Assembly (NCBI RefSeq): GCF_001194135.2
Contig: NC_068982.1
Span: 8,145,346-8,183,407, forward strand
DNA: 38,062 nucleotides
Source: Octopus bimaculoides
Lineage: Eukaryota
Direction: 5' to 3'
Positions 21,288 to 33,103 of the stretch are shown piece by piece; the stretch's first letter is position 1; every line of letters begins with the position of its first letter. Both the position numbers and the translations under genes were made by a program. Under the pieces are notes generated by a model. The model was not told the DNA's origin. It did not search any database and saw nothing but the letters and a program-made list of their open reading frames with translations.

Positions 21288-21448
21288 GGTTTGGTTACGT
21301 TCTCGTAACTTAGCGCTTCGGCAAAAGACACCGCTGAAATAAGTACCAGGCTTAATAAAATAAGCACAAGCATCGAATTATTTGAACGCGGTGCCCCAGC
21401 ATGGTCGCTATCCAATGAGTGAAACAAGTAAAAGAAAAAAAGTAAAAG
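19993..21448 (+). mobile_element. SINE family A variant split by a DD37D insertion
   Basis: 5' half (tRNA head, TTTGGGCAAGTGTCTTCTACTATAG) ends in (CA)n at about 20205. The 3' half (CGTAACTTAGCG...CAGCATGG...GAAACAAGTAAAAG) resumes after 21285. Confidence 0.7.
20208..21077 (+). mobile_element. Internally deleted DD37D (maT-type) Tc1/mariner element
   Basis: TIRs CAGGGTGCGATGGGTAAATTTTCG versus reverse CAGAGTGCGATGAATATATTGTCG (19/24), TA at 20206-07. Translation NIMVFGVIT..MPP and WQQ(H)SAPCH...SPDCNPLDY, with 37 residues between the last two catalytic positions. Confidence 0.9.
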
Positions 21449-21449
21449 T

Positions 21450-21457
21450 AATAGTAA

Positions 21458-21493
<36 letters not shown>
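21450..21493. repeat. (TAG)n microsatellite
   Basis: TAA/TAG triplet run. Confidence 0.9.
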
Positions 21494-21765
21494 CCCTTGC
21501 CATACAATGAAGGTGTGTACAGATCAAGATAAGAATAAATTCATTCTTCTCTATTTCACTCCTTTATATATATTACCTCCTTTCTATCATTTTCTCTTAT
21601 TCATTCTCAGATTAGAATTTTAAAATCAGTGTTTTTCTACCATCTGTTAGCAGTCACAAATATTGAGTCATCCCATAAATAATGCGGTTTTTTAAATACT
21701 TTTGTTTTCCAAAATTAAGATAAACAAAGTTCTTTTTTAATCTAAAATATACTCTCCTTCCTTTT

Positions 21766-22382
21766 CTACAATGCTCTTCCATCTATCTGGTAGACTTGCA
21801 AGGTCCCCTCCTCCAAAAATGTACTTGTCTGTGATGAAAGATACTCAAGTACTGTTCTGACATCTACAGGATTCATATTTTTTCCGTCCAAATGATTTTG
21901 AAGACTGCGAAATAAATGATAATCAGATGGGGGTAATGTCCGGCGTATATGGTGGGTGGGGCATCGTTTCCTATTCAAACTGCTCCAGTCTTTGGAAGGT
22001 TATCCTCGCTGTATGTGGCCGAGCATTATCCTGATGGAAGAACATCTTTCGCCTTGGAACCAAAGATGGTCGTTTTTCTTCTGGCGCTGGTTGAATGACC
22101 AGATCCAAGCTTCTTTGCTAGTTCCTCAACAGTTATGATGGAATTTTGTTCCCCCAGGGTTTGCAGGACGTCCTGGTTGAGCTCTACAGATCTAGGACGA
22201 TGCTCGTCTTCTAGGCTGTAGTTTCCGGTTCGGAATTTCTGGAGCCCCTGTTAACACTGGCTTACGCTTATTGTCCAATACCCATATGCTGCACATTTAT
22301 TCCTTGCACTTTCTGTTGCATTGTTGCCTTTATTGAACTCATAAAGCAAAATATGCCTAATATGCTCCTTTGTCACTTTCAT
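21766..22382 (-). pseudogene. Mariner (DD34D) transposase, internally deleted
   Basis: MKVTKEHIRHILLYEFNKGNNATESARN...SLEDE at the N-terminus, then HQDNARPHTAR...HPPY.PD..PSDYHLFRSLQNHL (D-x34-D). Most of the middle is missing. Confidence 0.9.
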
Positions 22383-22669
22383 TATAGCTTGGAAAAAAAA
22401 AAAAAGAAACAACTTAAAATCGAAGTGCACCCTTTAAAACTTACTCTAAGTAGAAGGTAAAATTACTACCTGCTTTTATAGCAAGTAGATGCAGGTAGTT
22501 AATCCCGTCCCCCTCCGACTTTTAGTTCATACAATTGAAAAAGAGCGTATTATTTATGGGATTTATTTATTTCACCTCTTATAGAAATAGTTAGCTCTTA
22601 ATACCAACTGCGAGCTTCTCTTATTCTACGCTAGGGGATCACTGCTTATCTTAGTAGCAATGTGTTTGT

Positions 22670-22789
22670 GCGTGTTTCTATCAGACATTCAGTCTGCCCG
22701 TCCGTCCGTCTGTCTGTCCGCCTGCCTGCTTGTCAGTCAGTCTGTTTGCCAGTCAATCAGTGTCTGTCTATCTGTACGTACGTGCGTGC

Positions 22790-22835
<46 letters not shown>
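22670..22835. repeat. Degenerate (GTCT/GTCC)n plus (TA)n simple repeats
   Basis: Seen directly. Confidence 0.85.
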
Positions 22836-22838
<3 letters not shown>

Positions 22839-22973
22839 TGGCTGACCCCTAGGGGTGGATGTTACTGTTGCTTTTAGCNNNNNNNNNNCTAGGGGTCAGC
22901 CACACTTAAGTGGCAATATACTACACTTTATCGTGCAGTTACTGTTAATACTTCATTTAGAGAATTAACATTG

Positions 22974-23018
<45 letters not shown>

Positions 23019-23662
23019 GTATATTTGAAGCTCAACTGTGCAACTTTTTACCTTATCTATTAGGCCTTTTATTCATTTCTTCGCTTATTCATAGACGTGT
23101 GTGTGTGTGTGTGTGTGTTTGTGTGTGTACGTGCATGAACTTAGTTTTTTCTTTCCCTTTGTTTTATGTCGATCAAGTCCACCATAAAATTCTTCGTTAC
23201 CATGGTAACTATATTTTTTACTTTATTAGTTCAATAGTACCTAAAGTGTTCCTCCTCTTACCACCTCTATTTCTGGTGGCCTTAACCCTTATTTATAACG
23301 CAGTCACACACTTCTTCAAACACAAGTCCAACTTATACTACCAATCCGATCCAATCACGAAACAAAGATATTTATGATTTCCAATTTAGTTTTTACTTTT
23401 ACATTTCTTTCTTTGTGGACCTTAAACCAAGGCCGGCAACTCTAACAGTTGCCCGGGGTTCTATGTGCCAGTGGGTGCTAAGGAGAGCATGACAAAAACA
23501 AGGAAATTTTCACGACCGTCAGCTTGTACACGCCGAAGTTCAGCTTCTTCGGGGACCAGCAACCCAAGGGCTGATCCTTCCTTAAACCATTTGTCTGTTT
23601 ATCCGCCTATTTATATATCTATCATGCACAAGTGAGGTGATATTTTAGTTCCATTTTCTAAA

Positions 23663-23880
23663 TAATAGTTTCAAATTTTGCCACAGGGGCAGCAATTTTT
23701 TATGGTGGGGTGGGAATGAGTCGATTACATCGACTTCAGTGTTCAAGTGTTGCTTATTATATCGACCTACGAAAAGATGAAATGCAAAGTCGACCTCGGC
23801 GGAATTTGAACTCAGAACGTAAGGACGGGCGAAATACCGCTAAGCATTTCGTCCAGCGTGCTAACGATTCTGCCACTTGA
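23663..23880 (-). mobile_element. SINE family B
   Basis: Reverse of head and core; GTCGATTACATCGAC hairpin present. Confidence 0.85.
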
Positions 23881-24146
23881 TTTCCAAACACCATCAGAAC
23901 TACATATTTTTCAAGCAGCTGAAAAAAATTTAACAAGTTCCCGTAAAACACCTCCTAACCCCGAAATCCATCTTGAATTACAGGTGCATTCAATCTGACG
24001 GGCTTCCGTACAGTTTTCGTCGATCTGATTCCAATCAGTCGACGCTCTATAAAATTACATCAACCAAACCTCACCCCTACTGGCTGTAATCATACCGTAA
24101 ATCGAGCGTCTTAACCACGCGGTATCTCTCACCTTTATATATATAT

Positions 24147-24558
24147 CGCAGGAGTGGCTGTGTGGTAAGTAGCTTGCTTACGAACCACATGGTTCCGGGT
24201 TCATTCCCACTGCGTGGCACCTTGGGCAGGTGTCTTCTACTATAGCCTCGGGCCGACCAAAGCCTTGTGAGTGGATTTGGTAGACGGAAACTGAAAGAAG
24301 CCCGTCGTATATATGTATATATATGTATGTGTGTGTATATATGTTTGTGTGTCTGTGTTTGTCCCCCCCCAACATCGCTTGACAACCGATGGTGGTGTGT
24401 TTATGTCCCCGTAACTTAGCGATTCGGCATAAGAGACCGATAGAATAAGTACTAGGCTTCCAACGAATAAGTCCTGGGGTCGATCTGCTCGACTAAAGGC
24501 GGTGCTCTAGCATGGCCGCAGTCAAATGACTGAAACAAGTAAAAGAGAGAGTAAAAGA
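24147..24558 (+). mobile_element. SINE family A, full length, in a (TA)n target
   Basis: Complete head, microsatellite and tail AAACAAGTAAAAGAG. Flanked by TA runs. Confidence 0.92.
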
Positions 24559-24568
24559 TATATATATA

Positions 24569-24690
24569 TGAGCAGACATGGATGTGGTTAGAATCTTGTT
24601 TCTCAACCACATGGTTCCAGGTTCATTCCCACTGCGTGGCACCTTGGGCAAGTGTCTTCTACTATAGCCTCGGGCCGACCAAAGCCTTTG
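24569..24690 (+). mobile_element. SINE family A, 5' part only
   Basis: Head through CCGACCAAAGCC, then an abrupt junction. Confidence 0.85.
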
Positions 24691-25285
24691 CCGATTCCTC
24701 TGTGGTATACGTTAGACTTGGAGGACCATAATCTCTTCTAACCCAAATAGGATGGCTGCCACCAGCCAGGTAACATCTACCTCAGGGGGGGGGGGGGTTA
24801 TCCACCCTTACCCTGGAAGCACGTCTTCCCAGGTAAATAGGCAGAAGAACTACCTCGTCTGTCTTGAGGGAAGTTACGGGGAGTGCTGCCTGGCTATTGT
24901 CTCAGTTGCAAAACCGCACTTCCACCGCCGCATACTTTCTTTCTCTGGCGAGGTACGTGACGTCCTGCTAGATGGGTCTCAGCGCTTTTTCAACTTGAGC
25001 CTTTGTTGCTACATCTCTTCTTTGTCATTTCTGGTTCTACGTTCTGTACACTATCGTCTTTTCTTTCACTTGTTTTGTAGTCTCACTGGATGGGGTCACC
25101 TTTACTTTGTGCCCTTCTCTCTTCAACATTGCCTTGGATTTTTCAAATTCCTCCCTCTTGATTCATAAACCTTCCTTTCTTCCTCTAGCCGCATCTGCAA
25201 AATTTCTTTCCTCCGCTATTGCCTGGTCTATTATATATATTCTCTTCAGCAACTCCTCAGACGATGTCATGTCTGACGAACTAAC
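24691..25285 (-). pseudogene. Probable LINE ORF1 remnant (L1/Tx1-like)
   Basis: Decayed long frame MTSSEELLKRI..KREEFEKSKAMLKRE..KEKTIVYRT..VEVRFATETIARQH..VVLLPIYLGRRASRV with scattered stops. Clade is an inference. Confidence 0.4.
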
Positions 25286-25289
25286 AGTC

Positions 25290-25480
25290 ATAGTTGAAAT
25301 TTATAGAAAAACAAAAGACGAAGATAGGCGTATAAGCAACACGAGGTGTATTAGTTTGACGCTCGGGAAGATGAGAAAGTCTTTTACGTTTCGAGCCTAC
25401 GCTTTTCAACAAAAAGAAACACGAAGAAATAAACAGAGAGAGAATTAAAAGAAAACTTGTGGTTTCAGCGGTCAGTCATG
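25290..25480 (-). mobile_element. Probable PLE terminal-repeat fragment with degenerate hammerhead-like motif
   Basis: Minus strand TCTTT-TTGTTGA-A-AAGC-GTAG-GCTC-GAAA-CG-TA-AAAGA at 25417-25380, the same layout as the SINE-C motif. Confidence 0.5.
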
Positions 25481-26161
25481 GCGACACATCATTTTGATAA
25501 CAGCACTTCCCCATTCAAACAAGGTGGGGGAGGGGAAACGTCACGGCAGCGAAACAAAGTGTTAAACATAAAACAAGTGATTGTCATCCGAATCTGAGAT
25601 CAGTTTTCAGACAGCACGTGTAGTTGTTTTTAGCTATTCACAGCATCAGATTTCCCAACCAATCGATAATATTAAAGTAGTAGGCCTTCGATTCATATAC
25701 TCATCACTGAAACAAAAATAAGTGCTGATCGGGGGAAATGTAGGCTACCTGTTAAATTGCCTCTCAAGACGAGAATTTATTTTACTTTGTTATCGCTGTA
25801 ATTATAGTAAAGTTCTCCTCACAGTAGGCTATTGATATTAGGTTATATAGTAAGCCACTCAGACTCCCTTTTCTTGATAACTGCTAGTGCTGTTAAAACA
25901 AAGTACATCAAATAAGAGAGCCAGGTTATAGGAAAAGTAGTTTAGTCATTTATAAAAGTGATCAATGTTTGAAATTTAGAAATGGAAAAAAATTGTTTCG
26001 TGATATCCATAACTTCAGGATATTCTATAACAATTTCAATGATTTTTTTGGAGAAATATATTTTGATGTTTTACAGTAACATTTACAGTTGATTAATTAT
26101 ATGTTTTAGTTTACTGATAGGCTTCCTTGAGTGTTGATTTAGGTTATTACTGTATGTATTT

Positions 26162-26543
26162 ATGATGAGCAGAAGAGTTTGTGTTCATCACCTGGACAGC
26201 TATTGTTACGTGCCTGAAAAATTTACGCCCAAAGATCAGAGAAATAAGCTTACAAATAAATTTTTAAATGCTTACGAGCTTTACTTTGGGTGCTAAGTTG
26301 GGGACCAAGATAAACTGTGGGCGCCTCATGTTTGTTGCAAAAACTGCTACATAGCACTAACCCAATGGCTGAATGGTAAACGGAAAAGTATGCCACTTGC
26401 AGTACCAATGATATGGCGAGAACCGAGTTATTGGTTTGCTTCTTGGATTGCAAATGGGGTATACAAAGCATCAGTGCTTTTTGTGCCATTGGAACGGCAG
26501 AGATGACAAGCATCACTATGATCAAAAAGAGTGACCAAAGAGA
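26162..26543 (+). pseudogene. Chapaev3-like (CMC superfamily) transposase remnant
   Basis: MSRRVC..DSYCYV...AYELYFGC*VGDQDKLWAPHVCCKNC...W..GK..MPLAVPMIWREP, then after a deletion VIGLLLGLQMGYTKHQCFLCHW. Possible CACTG terminus at 25705. Confidence 0.7.
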
Positions 26544-26899
26544 AGCAATTCTAGAAAGAAAGAAAAATTGTTGTCACTTGTTAATGTTCAACAATCTATG
26601 TTTGTAGGAGTGTGTTTATAGTCTCAATACGGTGGTGCTGGTTCAAATCTTTCATGGTGTTAACTTGCTGTTTTTTACATTCTGATTTCAAACCACGCCG
26701 AAAACTTTTCCTTATGTTCACCCAGGTTCAATAAAATAATGGACTCGTCAAGTACTGATATAGGTGTAAACATAATTATAATAGAAAGACTAAAGCAATC
26801 TTATTTTAATCACATACTTTACCAATTTGTACTCTTTGCTATCGATTTGGAATCTACTAAGAATATTTTAGCTTTAATGTGTTACCAGCTGTTACCTTA

Positions 26900-27094
26900 A
26901 CTAAGCCTGAAATTTTGAGTGAGAGGTTGTCGACTACGTCGACTCCATTGTTCAGCTGGAACTTATTTCGTGGACCTCGGAAAGATATAAGGCAAAGTCG
27001 ACTAGTGGAATTTGAACTCAGAACACAAAGACAGACGAAACGCCGCTAAGCATTCTGTGCGTTGTGCTAACGATTCTACCAGGTCGCTACCTTA
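26900..27094 (-). mobile_element. SINE family B
   Basis: Reverse head and core; hairpin variant GTCGAC-TAC-GTCGAC at 26929-26943. Confidence 0.85.
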
Positions 27095-27113
27095 GCGATT
27101 GTAAAAATAATAC

Positions 27114-27811
27114 AGCGAAGGTGTGGCTGTGTGGTAAGAAGTTTGCTCCCTCACCACATGGTTCCGGGTTCAATCCTACTGCGTGGCACCTTGGGCAAGT
27201 GTCTTCTACTATAGCCTCGGGCTGACCAAAGCCTCATGAGTTGGTTTGATAGGCGGAAATTCAAAGAAGCCCGTCGTGTATATATATATATATANNNNNN
27301 NNNNNNNNNNNNNNNNNNNNNNNNNNNNNNNNNNNNNNNNNNNNNNNNNNNNNNNNNNNNNNNNNNNNNNNNNNNNNNNNNNNNNNNNNNNNNNNNNNNN
27401 NNNNNNNNNNNNNNNNNNNNNNNNNNNNNNNNNNNNNNNNNNNNNNNNNNNNNNNNNNNNNNNNNNNNNNNNNNNNNNNNNNNNNNNNNNNNNNNNNNNN
27501 NNNNNNNNNNNNNNNNNNNNNNNNNNNNNNNNNNNNNNNNNNNNNNNNNNNNNNNNNNNNNNNNNNNNNNNNNNNNNNNNNNNNNNNNNNNNNNNNNNNN
27601 NNNNNNNNNNNNNNNNNNNNNNNNNNNNNNNNNNNNNNNNNNNNNNNNNNNNNNNNNNNNNNNNNNNNNNNNNNNNNNNNNNNNNNNNNNNNNNNNNNNN
27701 NNNNNNNNNNNNNNNNNNNNNNNNNNNNNNNNNNNNNNNNNNNNNNNNNNNNNNNNNNNNNNNNNNNNNNNNNNNNNNNNNNNNNNNNNNNNNNNNNNNN
27801 NNNNNNNNNNN

Positions 27812-27877
<66 letters not shown>

Positions 27878-28030
27878 CTTTGTGTTTGTGTTTTCCCCCA
27901 CCGCCGCTTGACAAATGATGTCGGCGTGGTCACGCCCCCGTAACTTAGCGGTTCAGCAAAAGATCCCGATAGAATAAATATCAGGCTTAGCAAAAGAAAT
28001 AAGTAATGAGGTCGATTCATTCGATTAAAA
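27114..28030 (+). mobile_element. SINE family A spanning an assembly gap
   Basis: Head at 27114, Ns at 27295-27810 inside the microsatellite, 3' half to about 28030. Confidence 0.85.
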
Positions 28031-29716
28031 ATTCTTGTAGTTCATATTAGTGAAGTAATTTTCATTCAGAACATCAGCGCATATTTGATGTTTTTCAAAT
28101 ATCGACTTCTTGTAGCAGTGGTGATGGTGATAAGACTTGAAATCTGTGTTAAATCAAATGCATTTACTTTCAAAGCGATATTTACAGGACGTAAATGCGG
28201 ATATACATAATAAAAGACAACGCCCAAAATGTAACATCTGTTTGAGTTTACAATGGAAATTCGATATCTACAACCAGTATGTCAGTTTATATTTCGAGTG
28301 TTTAGTGTTTTGCTTTGTACTGGTTGCTTACATAATCTAAATACGATATAAGTTGACAGCAGAGATAAAAAAAAAAGAAAAAATAAATATTAGAAAAATT
28401 TTAAAAAGAAATAAGCTATGCAAAATAACTCAAGTGGGCTAACGGCATGGATTTAGGACTGTCAAGTGATGAAGTGATTTCGGTCGCAAAGTCAAATTCA
28501 AAAGCTTACTTTTGAAATATAAAATGCATTTCAACATTTCCGCCTTCACTGTCCGAACATTAAACCCCTTAAATCAGTCGCCAGAGGTCGCTGCATCCGC
28601 TGTCAAGCAAAATATCGGTATAATTTGTATACAAGAACACCGTTTTCTTCACAGCAATCTCGAACTAAAATATCACGATGCTAGGAAATGGGTGGACTTT
28701 TATCTCTGCTTCAGTATGGAAAGGCCATAACAAGTCTGCACTGGTGGTGTTTAGGAATCCTACTCAGTCCCCACGCTCTCCGCTCGCTCAACAGTACTGA
28801 CAAGATTCATCCCCACATTATTATAACAACCTTTATCGGAAACCCCCACAGCACTCTTATGTCTTATTACTGTCTGACGAATGTCCTCTGATAAGGCAGA
28901 GGTTGTCACGCTCTAGCATGAACTCTCTTATCTTGTGAGACAAGAACCTTGTAATAATGTCTTGGAGAATTGAACGAAGGAGATATGAATGCTCACCTAG
29001 CAAAAGATGAATACAAATACAGCTTCTATAAAACAACAAATCAAATTGGAGAAAATCTGCATCAATTCATATCTGAAAATGGTCTCATCTGTCTTAACAC
29101 AAGATATCAAAAGCGAGCTGGCAAGCAGTGGACATTCACAAAGCTAAATGATACAAAAGCACAGTTAGACTACATATTCATTAACAAAAAGAAATGGGCA
29201 AACAGTGTCATGAACTGCATGGCATTTTATATGTTTGTTAATGTTTCCTCTGACCATAAGATATCATCAGCTAAAATTCGCCTCAGTTCAAGATAAAAGA
29301 AAATGCCTGAAACCAAACGTAATTGTTACGACTGATCATCTCTAGCAAATCCAGATATCTGTGATCAATTTGAAATTACATTAAGAAACAGAAATTGAAG
29401 CCCTGTAAAGTACTTTTGAAACCACCACTCCCAGCGGTGCGTTTGAAGATTTTGTCACAGCACACAAGCAAGCTGCAGATGAGTGCTTCCCGCTGAAACC
29501 AAAAGTTAAACGTAAAGTTCTCTGGGAAACTGCAGTTGTTATCAAAAAGATAGAAACATTAGGAAAGATTTCTAACCGAAAAAGAACAAGCCCTACGCGA
29601 TCAAACCTAAAAGGGTTCACTAAAGCACAGAAGGAATTAGCCACGGAATATCAAAGAGAACAAGAGCTTTATATACGGAAACGGATCAGCAACATCGAAG
29701 TTTCTATTAACAATAT

Positions 29717-29880
29717 AGGTGTAGGAGTGACTGTGTGGTAAGTAGCTTGCTTACCAACCACATGGTCCCGGGTTCAGTCCCACTGCGTGGCATCTTGGGC
29801 AAGTGTCTTCTACTATAGCCTCGGGCCGACCAAAGCCTTGTGAGTGAATTTGGTAGACGGAAGCTGAAAGAAGCCCGGCG

Positions 29881-29937
<57 letters not shown>

Positions 29938-30145
29938 TTGTATGTCTGTGTTTGTCCCCCATCATCGCTTGACAACCGATGCTGGTGTGTTTATGTCCCC
30001 GAAACTTAGCGGTTCGGCAAAAGAGACCGATAGAATAAGTACTGGGCTTGCAAAGAATAAGTCCTGGGGTTGATTTGCTCGACTACAGGCGGTGCTCCAG
30101 CATGGCCGCAGTCAAATGACTGAAACAAGTAAAAGAGTAAAAGAG
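29717..30145 (+). mobile_element. SINE family A inserted in the LINE
   Basis: Full length; LINE frame resumes after it (NKQTSMAWKIVNEV). Confidence 0.92.
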
Positions 30146-30342
30146 AATAAGCAAACATCTATGGCATGGAAAATTGTAAATGAAGTAAGTAGAAGTAAGA
30201 TCTCCTCAAAATCCAAACTGAAAGCAGTAAGTGAAGTTGAAGAGCTGAAAATATGGAGAAATCACTTTAAAAACTTGCTTGATAAACCTCCAGAAATTCC
30301 AGCTCTGAAATTAGAAAGATCATTTGTCATCAATTCAACATA

Positions 30343-30714
30343 GGCACAGGAGTGGCTGTGTGGTAAGTAGCTTGCTTACCAACCACATGGTTCCGGGTTC
30401 AGTCCCACTGTGTGGCACCTTGGGAAAGTATATTCTACTATAGCCTCGGGCTGACCAAAGCCTTGTGAGTGGATTTGGTAGACGGAAACTGAATGTGTGT
30501 GTGTTTGTGTGTCTGTGTTTTTCCCCCCACTATCGCTTGACAACCGATGCTGGTGTGTTTACGTTCCCGTAACTTAGCGGGTCGGTAAAAAGAGACCGAT
30601 AGAATAAGTACTAGGCTTACAAAGAATAAGTCCTGGGGTCGATTTGCTCGACTAAAGGCGGTGCCCTAGCATGGCCGCAGTCAAATGACTGGAACAAGTA
30701 AAAGAGTAAAGAGT
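30343..30714 (+). mobile_element. SINE family A inserted in the LINE
   Basis: Full length with shortened microsatellite; ATA on both sides. Confidence 0.92.
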
Positions 30715-31256
30715 ATACGATTTGGGGAGTTTCCTATGGGTGAGCTGTAAGCAGTCATAGAATCATTGAAGAACAGAAAGGCAGCTATTTTGGGCGAAAT
30801 CCCACCCGAAGTATGGAAACATGGAAATTTAATGACATTCTTCTTTAACTTTGGAATGTTTTGTACCATCAAAATCGTAGAGAGAAGGAAAATTTCAGTG
30901 TTGCCAGAAACTATAGAATGGCTACTCTCACTGCCATATCTGCCAAAGTTTACAATGTCATGCTACTCAATCGTATTCGACCGGAGATCGAAAACATCTT
31001 TAGGAAAAACCTGAAAGGCTTTCAAAGAAATAGATCAACATTTACCCTGATTCCTACAATCCGAAGAGTTATTGAAGGAGTTTGATTGAGGAACCTGAAA
31101 ACAGTCCTCTTTTTTGTTGACTTTTCTTGGGTCTTTGACTAGATACACAGAAGGAAAATGACGGAAATAATTCATGCCGTTATGGTGTTGTATACAAACA
31201 CTCAGTCTAGAGTTCGTTTTCGTTCTCCAGACGGCAACACAGAGTTCTTTGACATA

Positions 31257-31537
31257 GGGGGCTGGACGATCTTTCGGTACTAGATCCCATAACTTCCGGT
31301 CGTTACTGATTACATTATCGTATAGTGTGTTTATGTGTTTAAAGTTTGAGAACTGTATGAATCTGAGGGGAGAAGGTTTGAGTTTAGTGGGCCATTCATT
31401 TTGTTTTTCTATTTAATGTTGTCTTTTCATATTTTCAAGTCATTTAAACACATAAACACACTATACGATAATGTAATCAGTATGCGTGCGCACAACGACC
31501 GGAAGTTATGAGATCTAGTACAGAAAGATCGCCGGGG
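31257..31537. mobile_element. Foldback/MITE with about 77-bp inverted arms, inserted in the RT domain
   Basis: Left arm 31267-31343; right arm 31443-31531 with 2 mismatches and a 12-nt extra segment (31482-93). Removal rejoins FFDI-x-AGVSQGD. Confidence 0.85.
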
Positions 31538-32065
31538 GCCGGTGTATCCCAGGGTGACATCATGGCACTCTACCTGTTCATTGTATGCCTAGATTATGTT
31601 CTACACACCTTTGTAGATGAGATAGAGGACAAAGGATTCACTCTTCAACCAGCCAAAAGCAACCGTTTTCCAACTGTGACCGTCACAGATGGTGGCTATG
31701 CTGATGACTTGGCGCTACAGGCAGATGAAGTTTGTGGTGCAGAGTCTCTTTTGCACAAACTCGAAAGTGCTGATAAAGGTGTTAACCTCTACGTTAAATC
31801 GGACGAATCAGTATATATGATGCACAAGTAAAGCAGCAACATTAACTCTACATCTGGAAAATCTTTGAAAAATGTCGACGAATTCACACACCTTGAGAGT
31901 AAAATCGCCAAGGAAGATCCGCAAGTGATGTTCATGTCCAGATCGGCAAAGCCTGGGCAGATTTAAATAAGTTATCAACGGTCAGGAAATTTAAACTTCC
32001 ATTAAATTTGAAACGTTATTTCTTTCAGGCGGCTCTGCTGTCAGTTCTGTTATATGGATGTACAA

Positions 32066-32450
32066 GTGGAAGCGCAATGGCCCAGTGGTTAGGGCAGCGG
32101 ACTCGCGGTCGTAGGATCGCGGTTTCGATTCCCAGACCGGGCGTTGTGAGTGTTTATTGAGCGAAAACACCCAAAAGCTCTACAAGGCTTTGACAGGAGG
32201 TGGTGGTGAACCCTGCTGTTCTCTTCCACCACAACTTTCTCTCATTCTTTCTTCCTGTTTCTGTTGTACCTGTATTTCAAAGGGCCAGCCTTGTCAGATT
32301 CTGTGTCCCGCTGAATCTCTCCCGGGAACTACGTTAAGGGTACGCGTGTCTGTGAAGTGCTCAGCTACTTGCACGTTAATTTCACGAGCAGGCTGTTCCG
32401 TTGATCGGATCAATTGGAACCTTCGTCGTCGTAACCGACGGAGTGCCACA
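32066..32450 (+). mobile_element. tRNA-derived SINE, family D, 12-bp TSD
   Basis: Head GTGGAAGCGCAATGGCCCAGTGGTTAGGG...GGTTTCGATTCCC. TSD ATGGATGTACAA (32054-65) / ATGGATGTTCAA (32451-62). Confidence 0.9.
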
Positions 32451-32696
32451 ATGGATGTTCAACATAAACTCAAACAAAACGCTTTGAAAAGAAAATTGAC
32501 GGAACTTATACAAGAACGCTTTGAACTGCTCTGGACATCTCCTAAAGACAACACCCTACGAAAGAATTTTTCTATAGTAATTTACCACAATATCACACAT
32601 CATCAGGGAAAGAACAATATTCGCTAGACATCTCTGGGAACCGAAGCATGGGTCGGCAGATGCTGGTAGGCCACATCGAACCTGTATAAAAGCAAC

Positions 32697-33103
32697 TGTA
32701 GTAACGCCGTGCGCATGCGTAGTCTCACGCATGCGTGGAATTAAACAAGCAAGCTTTCCCGCTTAATTCTATCTCTTTCTCGGTCGGCCGACCATGAACA
32801 TGGACGTGTCAAGCAGTGTCTCCAACATTCCAACTCTGGAGACAGTCTCTTTACGTGTTTAGCTGTCTCTCTTCATCTTTCGGACTTACACTCGACAGCT
32901 CGCTTACATCTACATAACGACGTCCCAACAACTATGCTCATACACACAGAAGCTGTAACAACAAGAGCTAAAGATGTATATATTTACCACCTGAATAAAT
33001 GTTGTTTGAGTTGATTGTCTGGAGTTCAGCGTTCCGTTTATATCTTAATTTTATATAGGAAAGTCAGGTATACATCTAATGATGTATAACCAACTTTCCT
33101 ATA
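32697..33103 (+). mobile_element. Probable solo LTR (about 407 bp)
   Basis: Starts TGTAG, ends CTATA, CAAC TSD (32693-96 / 33104-07), AATAAA at 32994-99. Removal restores the LINE codons KQLFED. Confidence 0.6.

Noticed and set aside
4400-25285. Treating the ORF1-like remnant (24691-25285) and the Tx1 RT remnant (4400-5900) as one element
   Set aside because: Same strand and order, but 19 kb apart with a host exon between them.
31701-31707. CTGATGA as a hammerhead core
   Set aside because: It encodes the RT (Y)ADD motif, and no stem II-GAAA follows.
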